Positions 1 through 9,958 of a stretch of 33,943 bases of DNA are shown here, one piece after another (position 1 is the stretch's first letter; each line of letters opens with the position of its first letter). The position numbers were made by a program, and so were the translations under genes. The DNA is from Candidatus Omnitrophota bacterium (GTDB taxonomy: Bacteria; Omnitrophota; Gorgyraeia; S143-82). The DNA lies in the NCBI GenBank assembly GCA_027065215.1, contig JAMOOT010000259.1:1-33943 (forward strand), in the 5' to 3' direction. The notes below the pieces were generated by a model, which was not told the origin of the DNA, searched no databases, and worked only from the letters and a program-made list of their open reading frames with translations.

Positions 1-245
1 CGCTCTGGTCGAGGCCTTTGATTTCTCCTCTACTGATTTTGTATTTGATATGTGAAAGATAGGCTAAAGTGCCCTTGCCCCAGTGGCGATTTTATTTGCT
101 TTAGATTCTTGTGTAGAGTCCTATTCTCAAGTTATCTATGAATTTCTCTTTTCAGATAATTTCTTTTGTGCTAATGTATTCTGTTTATATCAGTTTTGGT
201 TGTGGTAAAGGTGTCTTTGAATGGTTTTTAAAGGGGGTAATTTCT

Positions 246-1457
246 ATGAAGAAAATAGGTATAATCACAAGTGGAGGGGATTGTGGTGGGCTCAATGCTG
301 TGGTAAAGGGTGCAGGTTTGATGGCCTCTCGTTTGGGAATAACTGCATATGTGATTCCTAATGGGTATGCTGGGCTTTATAATCTTATCGATTTTTCAGA
401 TGAAGAGTTAGTTGCCCTTAATCCAGAAAGAGCAGATTTTATTGATGCCAATCTTGCGGGTTCTGAGGCTGGACACTCAAGAGTAAAGGTGCGAAAGATT
501 GATGACCCAAATAAATATGAGCGAATAAAAAAGGGATTGGAGAAATTTGGGATTGAAGGGCTGGTAATAAGTGGCGGAGATGATACTGGAAGTGTAATGG
601 TAGACTTAACCGAACATGGAATAAAATGTGTGCATGCCCCTAAGACGATGGACTTGGATCTGCAAACGTATTCCGTGGGAGGAGACTCTGCAATAAATCG
701 AATTGCTATGTTTGCCCAAGACTTGAAGACTACTGGACGGACTCACAATAGGATAATGGTAGTGGAGGTATTTGGGCGATATGCTGGACATACTGCATTT
801 AGAGGTGGTATAGCAGCAGATGCCGATGCTATATTGATCCCGGAGATTCCAACTGATTTTGATGTGCTTTATGAGCATTGTAAGCAGAGGTATTTTGATC
901 GCATATTGAATTCCGATGTAAAGGCAGGCACATATTTGATAATTGTAGCCGAGGGGATAAAGGATGCAAGCGGAAGAGAATTGGTGGATGACTCTGCCGG
1001 AACAGATGCCTTTGGCCATAAGAAACTGGCTGGGGCTGGGAAATATGTCTGTCAGGAATTGACTAAAAGGTTTAAGGCCGATCCAGAGATTCCAGATTTA
1101 ATGAAGAAGGCAAGACTCTATGTCCCGGGGATATATGAGATTCCTGAAGTGAGAGACGTGCGACCAGGGCATTTGGTTAGGAGTGGCCATTCTTCTGCTT
1201 ATGATGTGAACTTTGGTAAAGAAGTAGGAGGAGCGGCTGTTCTACTATTAAGTAAGGGGGTAGTCGGAGTTACAGTTGTAGGCGTTTATGGCACAGAGAT
1301 TCGTTATATACCCACTACTGAGGCTATAAGGCAGAGGCATGTGGATCTTGCCCAAGTTTCTTTTCACGAGCAACAAGGTGTGTGTTTTGGAAGGCGTCCT
1401 GAAAATTATCAACCTACATTGAGGTCGATAGAAGGCAAGGTGGAAAGATATATGTGA
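246..1457 (+). CDS. pfp: 6-phosphofructokinase, probably pyrophosphate-dependent (PPi-PFK)
   Basis: Track ORF 138..1457. The PFK-family N-terminus MKKIGIITSGGDCGGLN starts at ATG 246, 8 nt after AAGGGGG (231-237). The upstream 36 codons look like non-coding read-through. The GGDD (ISGGDDTGS) and PKT (APKTMDLD) signatures are those reported to distinguish PPi- from ATP-dependent PFKs. Confidence 0.88.
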   Translation: MKKIGIITSGGDCGGLNAVVKGAGLMASRLGITAYVIPNGYAGLYNLIDFSDEELVALNPERADFIDANLAGSEAGHSRVKVRKIDDPNKYERIKKGLEKFGIEGLVISGGDDTGSVMVDLTEHGIKCVHAPKTMDLDLQTYSVGGDSAINRIAMFAQDLKTTGRTHNRIMVVEVFGRYAGHTAFRGGIAADADAILIPEIPTDFDVLYEHCKQRYFDRILNSDVKAGTYLIIVAEGIKDASGRELVDDSAGTDAFGHKKLAGAGKYVCQELTKRFKADPEIPDLMKKARLYVPGIYEIPEVRDVRPGHLVRSGHSSAYDVNFGKEVGGAAVLLLSKGVVGVTVVGVYGTEIRYIPTTEAIRQRHVDLAQVSFHEQQGVCFGRRPENYQPTLRSIEGKVERYM

Positions 1458-1527
1458 ATGTTTGGTGAGTTTGTTGTCTTGCTTGTGATTTACCTGCTGT
1501 GGTAAGATATCAAATAGGTTTTGCTCT

Positions 1528-1620
1528 GGAGAGGTGCCGGAGTGGACGAACGGGTGCGACTGGAAATCGCATGTACCCCCACAAGGGGTACCCAGGGTTC
1601 AAATCCCTGCCTCTCCGCCA
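1528..1620 (+). tRNA. tRNA-Ser (anticodon GGA), CCA encoded
   Basis: Cloverleaf folded by hand. Acceptor GGAGAGG/CCTCTCC. Anticodon stem TGCGA/TCGCA with loop CTGGAAA (anticodon GGA). Long variable arm GTACCCC/GGGGTAC. T arm CAGGG-TTCAAAT-CCCTG. Discriminator G followed by CCA. Confidence 0.95.
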
Positions 1621-1680
1621 GGGTTGTTTTTCAGTTGATTTTGTTTTGTTAGTGTTCTCGAATAATCAAGGAGGTGACTA

Positions 1681-3078
1681 ATGTTAGAAAGGCTTTCCGA
1701 GGCAATTAGATCTGCAATTGGGGTTGAGGGAAATTCAGTAGTTATTAAGGACGAAACCATGCTTATATCAAAGGCAATAGATGATTTGGTTTATGAGCAG
1801 GCCTTAGGAGATGATGATAATCTTCGGTCATATTGCCGGTATCTTATCTGGGAGATAGCGCGTCAGAGAGGGATATATCCTGCCTCTATTCATGATTTCT
1901 ATATTGCTCGGGCATCGGATGCTTGGGGAGGAACAACCGTGCCTGCTATTAACATACGAGGATTGACCTATGACACGGCTCGTGCTGTATTTAGGGTGGC
2001 TAAAAGGTTGAAGACCAAGTCTTTTATCTTTGAGATTGCCCGCTCAGAGATCGGTTATACTGCGCAGCCCCCTGCTGATTACGCTGGCTCTATTTTGGCT
2101 GCAGCAATAAAAGAGGGTTATACTGGACCGGTCTTTATCCAGGGAGACCATTTCCAGGTCAATGCCAAAAACTATAAGGCTGATCCTGAGAAAGAGATTG
2201 CGGGTCTGAAGGCCTTAATCGATGAGGCTATAGCGGCTGGTTTTTATAATATTGATATAGATACCTCTACTTTGGTGGACTTGTCTTATGAGGATGTAAA
2301 TGAGCAGCAGAGGTTAAATTACGAGGTTTGTGCCCAATTGACTAAATATATTCGGGAAAAAGAACCCGAGGGTATTACTATATCAGTAGGAGGTGAAATA
2401 GGAGAGGTAGGAGAACATAACTCCACCCCTGAAGAGTTGCGGGCGTTTATAGGTGGTTTGAGAAAGGAATTGGGCGACATTATTGGCATTAGTAAGGTCA
2501 GTGTTCAGACTGGGACCTCACATGGTGGGGTTGTTCTTCCGGATGGGTCTGTGGCTAAGGTGAAGGTGGATTTTGATATCCATAAGGCATTAGGGGAGAT
2601 ATGTCGCAAAGAGTACGGTATAGGAGGTACGGTTCAGCATGGGGCCTCAACCTTGCCTGATGAGATGTTCCACAAATTTGTTGAGGTAAATACCTTAGAG
2701 ATCCATTTGGCTACTGGATTCCAAAACATAATCTACGATAGCCCTGCTTTGCCTCAAGAGTTTAAAAAGAAAATATACGATTGGCTCTATGAAAAGTATG
2801 GTTCAACTAAAAAAGTAGATGAGACCGATGAGCAGTTTATTTATAAGAACAGAAAGCGGGGATTTGGCCAGTTTAAAAAGGAGTTCTGGACTCTCCCTGA
2901 TGATGTAAAGGGAAAGATTACAGAGGAGTTAGAAAAGAAATTCGAGTTCTTGTTTAATCAGTTAGGGGCAAAGGATAATGCCGATGTTGTAGAGAAATTT
3001 GTCAAAAAAGTAGAGGTTAAAAAGGGCCCCGCTGATTTTGGGGCAAGTATTGATTATTCCTTTGAAGGAGGCGAGTGA
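1681..3078 (+). CDS. fba: class II fructose-bisphosphate aldolase (long form, 465 aa)
   Basis: Class II aldolase motifs [15 protein letters not shown] and VQHGAST. SD AAGGAGGTG lies just upstream of ATG 1681. Glycolytic context next to PFK. Confidence 0.88.
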   Translation: MLERLSEAIRSAIGVEGNSVVIKDETMLISKAIDDLVYEQALGDDDNLRSYCRYLIWEIARQRGIYPASIHDFYIARASDAWGGTTVPAINIRGLTYDTARAVFRVAKRLKTKSFIFEIARSEIGYTAQPPADYAGSILAAAIKEGYTGPVFIQGDHFQVNAKNYKADPEKEIAGLKALIDEAIAAGFYNIDIDTSTLVDLSYEDVNEQQRLNYEVCAQLTKYIREKEPEGITISVGGEIGEVGEHNSTPEELRAFIGGLRKELGDIIGISKVSVQTGTSHGGVVLPDGSVAKVKVDFDIHKALGEICRKEYGIGGTVQHGASTLPDEMFHKFVEVNTLEIHLATGFQNIIYDSPALPQEFKKKIYDWLYEKYGSTKKVDETDEQFIYKNRKRGFGQFKKEFWTLPDDVKGKITEELEKKFEFLFNQLGAKDNADVVEKFVKKVEVKKGPADFGASIDYSFEGGE

Positions 3079-4733
3079 TGCGAAGTGATGAGGTAAAAAA
3101 GGGGTTAGAGCGGGTTCCCCATCGGGCATTGTTATACGCTACGGGTATTAACGAGAAGGATCTTACTCGTCCGTTTATTGGTGTTGCTTCGGGTTTTACG
3201 GATATAATACCTGGGCATGTGGAATTGCGGTCCTTAGAGAGGTTTGTTGAACGAGGGATTGCTTATGCAGGTGGTGTGCCGTTTATCTTTGGTATCCCAG
3301 GGATATGTGATGGCATTGCTATGGGCCATAGTGGGATGTTCTATTCCTTGCCGTCTCGAGAGTTGATTGCTGATGCTATTGAGTGTGTGGTAGAGGCGCA
3401 TAAGTTTGATGGATTGGTTTGCTTAACTAATTGCGATAAGATTACTCCTGGTATGCTTATGGCTATTGCACGATTAAATATACCAGCAATAGTGGTTACT
3501 GCTGGGCCAATGATTGCTGGTAACTTCGCTGGGCAACGATTGTCTTTGGTGAGAGATACATTCGAGGCCTTGGCCAGATATAAAAAAGGAGAAATAGACG
3601 AGGACACGCTTAACAATTTAGAGATACGCGCTTGCCCGGGGGTTGGTTCTTGCCAGGGGCTTTATACTGCCAATACAATGGCTTGCCTTACTGAGGCCCT
3701 TGGGATGAGTTTGCCTGGTTGCGGGACGGCCCCTGCGGTTTTGGCTGAAAAGAAGAGGATAGCCACTTATAGCGGGGAGCGAATAGTGGAGTTAGTTAGG
3801 GAGAACATTCGACCACGCGATATTATGACAAGAGATGCTTTTGAGAATGCGATTACAGTTGATATGGCCTTGGGGGGGTCTACCAATACTGTACTTCACC
3901 TTTTGGCTGTAGCCCATGCTGCAGAGGTGGATCTGCCCTTGGAGGTCTTTGACCAGATAAGTCAAAGGACGCCTCACATTGCAAGTTTGCGGCCTGGAGG
4001 GGACTATTTTATGGAAGACCTGCATTGGGCGGGAGGAATCCCTGCAGTATTAAAGACCTTGGGAGATAGGATAAAAGATAATCTTACTGTCAGTGGAATG
4101 AAGGTAAGGGATATTCAGAAACGGGCTCGTGTGTTTTACTCAGATGTGTTAAGGCCAATAGATAAGCCTTATCATCCAGAAGGAGGATTAGCGGTTCTTT
4201 GGGGTAATTTGGCTCCAGAGGGAGCAGTTGTCAAGCAATCAGCAGTAAGCGAGAAGATGTTGAAGTTTAAAGGGAAGGCAAGGTGTTTTGATAGAGAAGA
4301 GGATGCACTTAAAGAGATATTGGGAGGAAAGATTCAGGCCGGTACAGTCATAGTTATCAGGTACGAAGGCCCTAAGGGTGGGCCTGGTATGCGGGAGATG
4401 TTGGCGCCTACCTCTGCTGTTATTGGCATGGGGTTGGGAGAGTCAGTGGCCTTGATTACTGATGGTAGGTTTTCAGGGGGAACTCGTGGCCCGTGTATTG
4501 GACATGTCTCTCCTGAGGCCGCTGAAGGAGGACCAATTGCTTATGTGAAAGATGGAGATGAGATAGAGATAGACATCCCTAATAAGAAGATAACCTTACT
4601 TGTTTCGGATAAGGAGTTAGAAGATCGAAAGAAAAAGATGAAATTATTGGGGCCGAAGATTACCAAGGGATATCTTGCTCGTTATTCTAAGATGGTGACT
4701 TCTGCCTCTAAAGGTGCAGTATATATGGATTGA
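3078..4733 (+). CDS. ilvD: dihydroxy-acid dehydratase
   Basis: MRSDEVKKG...RALL N-terminus, the [13 protein letters not shown] motif, and GGPGMREML...[12 protein letters not shown] 3078 is preferred over the in-frame GTG 3075 because GAAGGAGG (3064-3071) sits 6 nt upstream. The stop of fba overlaps the start. Confidence 0.95.
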   Translation: MRSDEVKKGLERVPHRALLYATGINEKDLTRPFIGVASGFTDIIPGHVELRSLERFVERGIAYAGGVPFIFGIPGICDGIAMGHSGMFYSLPSRELIADAIECVVEAHKFDGLVCLTNCDKITPGMLMAIARLNIPAIVVTAGPMIAGNFAGQRLSLVRDTFEALARYKKGEIDEDTLNNLEIRACPGVGSCQGLYTANTMACLTEALGMSLPGCGTAPAVLAEKKRIATYSGERIVELVRENIRPRDIMTRDAFENAITVDMALGGSTNTVLHLLAVAHAAEVDLPLEVFDQISQRTPHIASLRPGGDYFMEDLHWAGGIPAVLKTLGDRIKDNLTVSGMKVRDIQKRARVFYSDVLRPIDKPYHPEGGLAVLWGNLAPEGAVVKQSAVSEKMLKFKGKARCFDREEDALKEILGGKIQAGTVIVIRYEGPKGGPGMREMLAPTSAVIGMGLGESVALITDGRFSGGTRGPCIGHVSPEAAEGGPIAYVKDGDEIEIDIPNKKITLLVSDKELEDRKKKMKLLGPKITKGYLARYSKMVTSASKGAVYMD

Positions 4734-4757
4734 TTGAACAAGAGATGGGAGGTTGTT

Positions 4758-5753
4758 ATGGCTAAGATTTATTATGAGAAAGATGCAGATATGTCGGTTC
4801 TGAAGAACAAAGTGGTGGCGGTTATTGGGTACGGTATTCAAGGCAGGGCCCAGGCCTTGAATCTGAAAGACAGCGGAGTGAATGTGGTGGTTTCAGAATT
4901 AGAAGGGACGCCAAATTACGAACAGGCAAAAAAGGATGGCTTTAATCCGGTCGATGCCAGTTCTGCCGCTGAGAAAGGGGATATTATTCAAATACTTACT
5001 CAAGATCATGTCCAGCCATATGTTTACAAAAATTTTGTTGCCCCACATATGAAAAAAGGCAAGGCCTTGGTATTCTCTCATGGGTTTAACATCCATTTTA
5101 ATCAGATAGTTCCACCACCTGAGGTAGATGTTTTTATGGTTGCTCCTAAGGGCCCCGGGTCTTTGGTGAGAAAGATGTATGAAGAAGGGAAAGGTGTCCC
5201 TTGTTTGGTGGCTATTCACCAGGATGCAAGCGGAAATGCCTTGAAGTTGGCCCTTGCTTATGCTAAGGGTATTGGGGGACTAAAGGCAGGTGTTATAGAA
5301 ACCACATTTAAAGAGGAGACAGAAACCGATCTGTTTGGAGAGCAAGTAGTCCTCTGTGGTGGCGTAAGCCAGCTAATAAAGGCAGGTTTTGAGACATTGG
5401 TCGAGGCAGGTTATCAACCTGAGATTGCTTATTTTGAATGCTTGCACGAATTAAAACTTATAACTGATATGATATATGAAGTCGGTATTGCTGGGATGAG
5501 AAAGCGCGTGTCAGATACGGCTGAATATGGGGATCTGACTCGAGGGACGCGAGTTATAAATGATTCAGTAAGGGCTGAGATGAAGAAAATACTTAAGGAG
5601 ATTCAGAATGGTGAGTTTGCGCGAGAGTGGATTTTGGAAAATCAGGCAGGAAGGCCAGTGTATAATGCCTTGGGTAAAAAGGAGGCCAACCATCTGATCG
5701 AGGAAGTGGGCCGTAAGTTAAGGAAGATGATGCCTTGGATGAAAGGGGAGTAG
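4758..5753 (+). CDS. ilvC: ketol-acid reductoisomerase (class I)
   Basis: [11 protein letters not shown]...[19 protein letters not shown] Rossmann motif, with the typical KARI C-terminal domain. ATG 4758 is preceded by GGGAGG (4746-4751). The track ORF starts earlier, at 4734. Confidence 0.95.
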   Translation: MAKIYYEKDADMSVLKNKVVAVIGYGIQGRAQALNLKDSGVNVVVSELEGTPNYEQAKKDGFNPVDASSAAEKGDIIQILTQDHVQPYVYKNFVAPHMKKGKALVFSHGFNIHFNQIVPPPEVDVFMVAPKGPGSLVRKMYEEGKGVPCLVAIHQDASGNALKLALAYAKGIGGLKAGVIETTFKEETETDLFGEQVVLCGGVSQLIKAGFETLVEAGYQPEIAYFECLHELKLITDMIYEVGIAGMRKRVSDTAEYGDLTRGTRVINDSVRAEMKKILKEIQNGEFAREWILENQAGRPVYNALGKKEANHLIEEVGRKLRKMMPWMKGE

Positions 5754-5763
5754 CCGAATAGGA

Positions 5764-6987
5764 ATGCACGATATCATTACCTTTATAATGGCCGGTGGTA
5801 AGGGGGAAAGGCTTTACCCCCTTACCAAGGATCGGGCCAAGCCAGCAGTTCCGTTTGGGGGGATTTATCGGATAATAGATTTTCCTTTGAATAATTGTAT
5901 AAATTCCGGATTGCGCAGGATTTATGTCCTTACCCAGTACAAATCTACTTCCCTCCAGAGGCATATCAGTTTAGGGTGGAATATCTTTACACGCGAGATA
6001 AATGAGTATATAGAGGTAGTTCCTGCCCAGCAGAGGGTGGGGGAGATGTGGTATCAAGGAACAGCGGATGCAATCTACCAGAATTTATATGCAATTAGGC
6101 AAGAGAACCCAGAGGATGTGCTTATTCTTTCAGGTGACCATGTCTATAAGATGGATTATCGAGAGATGATTGATTACCACCGTTATATGGATGCAGATGT
6201 TACTTTGGCCGCTGTCCCAATGAGTAAAGAATTATCCAGCCAGTTTGGGATAATAGAAGTGGGTAAGGGGAATAAGATAATTAACTTCCATGAGAAGCCA
6301 AAGGATCCAGTGGTGATGCCTGATGACCCTGATAGCATATTGGTCAATATGGGAATTTATGTCTTTAAAAGAGATGTTTTGATTGAGGAATTGGAAGAAG
6401 ATGCTCGAAAGAAATCTTCTCATCATGATTTTGGGAAGAATGTCCTCCCTACTATGTTGAAAAAGAAGCGTAAGATGTTTGTCTTTCATTTTCGGGATAA
6501 AAATGGTAAGAAGCCCAAGTATTGGCGGGATATTGGGACAATTCAAGCCTACTATGAGGCCAATATGGATCTGGTAAAGGTTACACCTGAATTTAATCTC
6601 TATGACCGGGATTGGCCGATTAGGACGTATCAAGTTCAGTCTCCGCCAGCCAAGACTGTGTTTGCTGGAGGAGATACTGGAGATAGAATCGGGTTGGTTT
6701 TGGACTCGCTGATAAGTAATGGTTGTATTGTGAGTGGTGGGAAGGTTGTTCGTTCTATCCTTTCTCCGGGAGTGAGGGTAAACAGTTATGCTGTTGTAGA
6801 GGATTCTATTTTGATGAATGGCGTGAATATTGGTAGGTACTCTAAGATTCGACGGGCAATTATAGATAAAGGTGTCCATGTCCCTCCAGGCACGCAAATT
6901 GGCTATGATATAGAGGAAGATAAAAAGAGGTTCTATGTCCATCCGTCAGGTGTGGTGGTAATCCCTAAGGGGACACAGTTGTCGTGA
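5764..6987 (+). CDS. glgC: glucose-1-phosphate adenylyltransferase
   Basis: MAGGKGERLYPLTKDRAKPAVPFGGIYRIIDF N-terminal motif, WYQGTADA, and a C-terminal left-handed beta-helix-like repeat region. Confidence 0.9.
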   Translation: MHDIITFIMAGGKGERLYPLTKDRAKPAVPFGGIYRIIDFPLNNCINSGLRRIYVLTQYKSTSLQRHISLGWNIFTREINEYIEVVPAQQRVGEMWYQGTADAIYQNLYAIRQENPEDVLILSGDHVYKMDYREMIDYHRYMDADVTLAAVPMSKELSSQFGIIEVGKGNKIINFHEKPKDPVVMPDDPDSILVNMGIYVFKRDVLIEELEEDARKKSSHHDFGKNVLPTMLKKKRKMFVFHFRDKNGKKPKYWRDIGTIQAYYEANMDLVKVTPEFNLYDRDWPIRTYQVQSPPAKTVFAGGDTGDRIGLVLDSLISNGCIVSGGKVVRSILSPGVRVNSYAVVEDSILMNGVNIGRYSKIRRAIIDKGVHVPPGTQIGYDIEEDKKRFYVHPSGVVVIPKGTQLS

Positions 6988-7436
6988 TAAAGAAAGCAAG
7001 ATTGTCCCATACTGATCAGATATATGAAATTATAAGTTCATTTGCTAAGAAGGAATTGCTCCTGCCTCGCTCAAAACCTGATATCTATGAACATATTCGC
7101 GATTTTTTTGTTTGGGAAGAGAACGATAAGATATTAGGATGTTCTGCTTTGCATATTGTCTGGCAGAATTTAGGGGAGATAAGGTCTTTAGCAGTTAGAG
7201 ATGAAAACCAAAACGATGGTATTGGACGAGAATTAGTCTTGTCTTGTCTAAATGAGGCCAGAGAGTTGGGATTGAAAGAAGTGTTTGCATTGACTTATGT
7301 GCCGAGTTTTTTTGAGAAGTTGGGGTTTTGTTTGATTGATAAACACCAGTTGCCACGTAAGATATGGACCGATTGTGTAAATTGCCCTTATTTCCCTGAC
7401 TGTAAGGAGCAGGCAGTAATAATAAAGATAAATTAG
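6984..7436 (+). CDS. GNAT family N-acetyltransferase (short ArgA-like)
   Basis: 150 aa. Acetyl-CoA motif LAVRDENQNDGIGRELV (Q/R-x-x-G-x-G/A). GTG start overlaps the glgC stop (GTGA). C-terminal Cys cluster DCVNCPYFPDC. Confidence 0.78.
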   Translation: MIKKARLSHTDQIYEIISSFAKKELLLPRSKPDIYEHIRDFFVWEENDKILGCSALHIVWQNLGEIRSLAVRDENQNDGIGRELVLSCLNEARELGLKEVFALTYVPSFFEKLGFCLIDKHQLPRKIWTDCVNCPYFPDCKEQAVIIKIN

Positions 7437-7459
7437 TGTTTTATCAGGAGGAGATAGAT

Positions 7460-8884
7460 ATGAGTTGGGAATCTGTTATTGGTTTGGAAGTCCATGTGCA
7501 ACTGAACACAGATACAAAGATATTCTGTTCTTGCAAAAATGAGTTTGGAGCAGAGCCAAATACCAATGTTTGTCCGGTATGTCTGGGGTTCCCTGGGGTC
7601 TTGCCAGTATTTAATAAACGAGTGTTGGAATACGCTATAAAAGTGGGTCTTGCCTTGAATTGTAAGATTGCCAGTTATACGAAGTTCGATCGAAAAAATT
7701 ATTTTTATCCTGATTTGCCCAAGGCCTATCAGATCTCTCAGTACGATATGCCAATATGTGAATCCGGGTATTTGGAGATAGAAGTAAATGGGGCCCTTAA
7801 GCGTATTGGGATAAAACGAGTTCATATGGAAGAGGACGCTGGCAAGTTGATACATGAAAAGGATTATTCATTAGTGGACTATAACCGCACAGGGGTTCCC
7901 CTATTAGAGATAGTTTCAGAGCCGGATCTTCGCTCACCTGATGAGGCCTATGAATATCTAACTGAGTTAAAGCAAATCGTGCGTTATCTTGGGGTCTCTG
8001 ATTGTGATATGGAGAAAGGATCTCTAAGGTGCGATGCGAATATTTCAGTGAGGAAAAAAGGCGACACACAGTTTGGGACGAAGACAGAAATCAAAAACCT
8101 GAATTCGTTTAAAGGTGTGCGTTCAGCATTGGAATATGAGATAAGACGCCAGATTAAATTATTAGAAGCGGGAGAGACGGTGATTCAAGAAACCAGACTT
8201 TGGTCGGCTGAAAGGCAGATCACAATCCCTATGCGAAGCAAAGAAGAGGCACACGATTATAGGTATTTCCCAGAACCAGATCTTCTTCCAATAGAGGTTT
8301 CATTAGATATGATAAACAACATTAGAAAAGAGTTACCTGAGATGCCTCGGGAAAGGAGACACCGGTTGGTGAAAGAGTATGGAATCACTGATTATGATGC
8401 TAATGTGATTTGTTTAGAACGAGATTTTGCCGATTACTTTGAATCCTGCGCGAAAGTTTGTAAGAGCCCTAAGCGGTGTGCTAACCTTATGATTACTATT
8501 CTCTCTGAGAAACTTAACGATTTAGGGATAGATATATCTCAGTTAAAAATTAGCCCTAACGCATTGGCTGAATTAGTGGACCTCTGGGAAGAAGGGAAGA
8601 TTAATAATCTGGTGGTAAAACAGGTCTTGGAGGAGATGATAAACACTGGTAAATCGGCCAAAGATATAGTAGAAGAAAAGGGATTGTCGCAGGTCTCGGA
8701 TGAAGGAGAATTAGAGCGTTTCGCTAAAGAAGCGATAGAGAAAAATCCCAAGGTTGTGCAAGATTATCGATCAGGGAAAAAGAATGCAGTTATGTTCCTT
8801 GTAGGACAGGTTATGAAGGCCACTCGGGGTAAGGCCAATCCCCAAAAGGTGAGGGAGTTGTTAGAGGGACTGTTGGAGGATTAA
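7460..8884 (+). CDS. gatB: Asp-tRNA(Asn)/Glu-tRNA(Gln) amidotransferase subunit B
   Basis: WESVIGLEVHVQL, CPVCLGFPGVLP, NYFYPDLPKAYQISQ and a C-terminal YqeY-like tail. ATG 7460 is preceded by AGGAGGA (7446-7452). Confidence 0.95.
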   Translation: MSWESVIGLEVHVQLNTDTKIFCSCKNEFGAEPNTNVCPVCLGFPGVLPVFNKRVLEYAIKVGLALNCKIASYTKFDRKNYFYPDLPKAYQISQYDMPICESGYLEIEVNGALKRIGIKRVHMEEDAGKLIHEKDYSLVDYNRTGVPLLEIVSEPDLRSPDEAYEYLTELKQIVRYLGVSDCDMEKGSLRCDANISVRKKGDTQFGTKTEIKNLNSFKGVRSALEYEIRRQIKLLEAGETVIQETRLWSAERQITIPMRSKEEAHDYRYFPEPDLLPIEVSLDMINNIRKELPEMPRERRHRLVKEYGITDYDANVICLERDFADYFESCAKVCKSPKRCANLMITILSEKLNDLGIDISQLKISPNALAELVDLWEEGKINNLVVKQVLEEMINTGKSAKDIVEEKGLSQVSDEGELERFAKEAIEKNPKVVQDYRSGKKNAVMFLVGQVMKATRGKANPQKVRELLEGLLED

Positions 8885-9186
8885 TGCGACTGGTTTGTGT
8901 AGGAGATAGGATTACTGTGGAGGCCCTGACAATAGTAGGGGCTGAGCCGGTGGAGGTCCAAGATAGGTCCTCTCTATTAGAACAGGTGGAAGGCCTTTTA
9001 AAGAATAAGAATAATATTGTCTTGGTAACTCAAAGTGTAGCAGAAGAGATACAGAATGAACTTGAAATGTGGCAGAAGAAATATTCTGGTAGCATAGTAG
9101 TAGTAATACCCGATATAAATAAAGATGTAGAAGTAGATATAAATCAACTTATGGCAGAAGTAGTGGGGGTGAGTTTTGGGGATTGA
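8884..9186 (+). CDS. V/A-type ATPase subunit F-like protein
   Basis: 100 aa. The pattern MRLVCVGDRITVEALTIVGAE...NIVLVTQSVAEEI...IVVVIPD resembles the ATP-synt_F family layout. ATG overlaps the gatB stop (TAATG). Assignment by eye only. Confidence 0.45.
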   Translation: MRLVCVGDRITVEALTIVGAEPVEVQDRSSLLEQVEGLLKNKNNIVLVTQSVAEEIQNELEMWQKKYSGSIVVVIPDINKDVEVDINQLMAEVVGVSFGD

Positions 9187-9769
9187 ACAGATTAAGAATT
9201 ACATAAAAGATAAGGTTGAAGAAAAGGTTCAGGATGTATTACGCAGGGCTCATTTGGTTAAAGAACGGGAAATAAGCCAAGCAAAGAAGAAATTAGACCT
9301 GTGGATTGAAGAACAGACAAAGGCGTTTATGCGTGAGAAAATATCATTAATAGCGCAATACAAGGCAAGGACTTATAGGGAAATGTCTTTGGAAGAGACG
9401 AAACTAAAAGAACAACTGTGGATAGATTTTTTTGCTGCAGTGAAGGAAAGAGTGGAGTCATTGCGGTCTGACCATCAGAAATATACTACCTTATTACTCA
9501 GGTTTATGGAGTCTGCTCGTAAATATTATTCCAATGGTGTAAATGTCTTGGTTAATCCTAATGATGTGTCTCTGATGAAAGATTTGATTGAGATGCATTA
9601 TAAAGGTGTCGATATATCTGTCTTTCCTGAAAGTTCAGTGCGTATAGGATTTGTCTTGGTTGATAAAGACAGAGGTGCAAAGGTAAATTACGATATTTTG
9701 ACGATCTTAGATGCTGAAAGAGAAAGAATTAAGATGTATTTCTTTTCTAAATTGATGGATAAACGTTAA
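9176..9769 (+). CDS. V/A-type ATPase subunit E-like protein (coiled coil plus C-terminal globular domain)
   Basis: 197 aa. TTG start at 9176, after GGGGGTGA. Long charged N-terminal helix, then a C-terminal ...IGFVLVDKDRGAKVNYDILTILD... region typical of E/stator subunits. FliH/YscL-like stator proteins cannot be excluded. Confidence 0.4.
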   Translation: MGIEQIKNYIKDKVEEKVQDVLRRAHLVKEREISQAKKKLDLWIEEQTKAFMREKISLIAQYKARTYREMSLEETKLKEQLWIDFFAAVKERVESLRSDHQKYTTLLLRFMESARKYYSNGVNVLVNPNDVSLMKDLIEMHYKGVDISVFPESSVRIGFVLVDKDRGAKVNYDILTILDAERERIKMYFFSKLMDKR

Positions 9770-9958
9770 CTTTTAGTGTTATGGAGGAATAGGTTTAGAA
9801 AAGTGAAGTTGTATGCATATTTGCTTTCAGATTTTGGGTATTTGTTTGGCTTAGAAGTAGTTATGTACACAGATGGAGGATTTCTCTGTAAACGAAAAGG
9901 TCAAAAAGGCCTTTTAAAAGAACGGGGAAAATAGGGACAAAATTAAGAGGGGGGAGGT

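Noticed and set aside
2-55. Open frame entering from the window edge (…ALVEAFDFSSTDFVFDM, stop)
   Set aside because: It may be the last 17 codons of an upstream + strand gene, but it is far too short to identify or support.
138-245. 36-codon N-terminal extension of the PFK ORF (MNFSFQIISF...)
   Set aside because: The conserved PFK N-terminus begins at ATG 246, which has its own AAGGGGG Shine-Dalgarno. The extension is hydrophobic, low-complexity read-through of promoter-region DNA.
606-1019. 137-aa minus-strand ORF inside pfp
   Set aside because: It is antisense to a strongly conserved CDS and has low-complexity, Cys/Ile/Ser-rich composition, no start context and no motif.
1528-1620. tRNA-Ser as a possible genomic-island integration site
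   Set aside because: There is no integrase, and I saw no direct repeat of the tRNA 3' end. Both flanks are core glycolytic genes.
1499-1681. 60-aa + strand ORF
   Set aside because: It is almost entirely occupied by the well-folding tRNA-Ser (1528-1620), so it is an artefact of ORF calling.
6232-6942. 236-aa minus-strand ORF inside glgC. The similar antisense or alternate-frame ORFs at 3341..3616, 3792..4025, 4899..5219, 5593..5964, 7433..7855, 7797..8069, 11399..11833 and 12670..12981 are rejected on the same grounds.
   Set aside because: All lie antisense to CDSs with clear family motifs, lack SD sequences and recognisable domains, and would break the otherwise absolute + strand polarity.
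9904-9915. Palindrome AAAAGGCCTTTT as a possible terminator after the E-like gene
   Set aside because: It is a perfect 12-nt palindrome with no loop, a very AT-rich stem and no downstream T tract. It is not a credible intrinsic terminator.
9803-9934. 43-codon GTG-initiated ORF in the 189-nt gap upstream of LemA
   Set aside because: It has no Shine-Dalgarno and no recognisable features, and is probably chance. It would be worth revisiting only if it is conserved in related loci.
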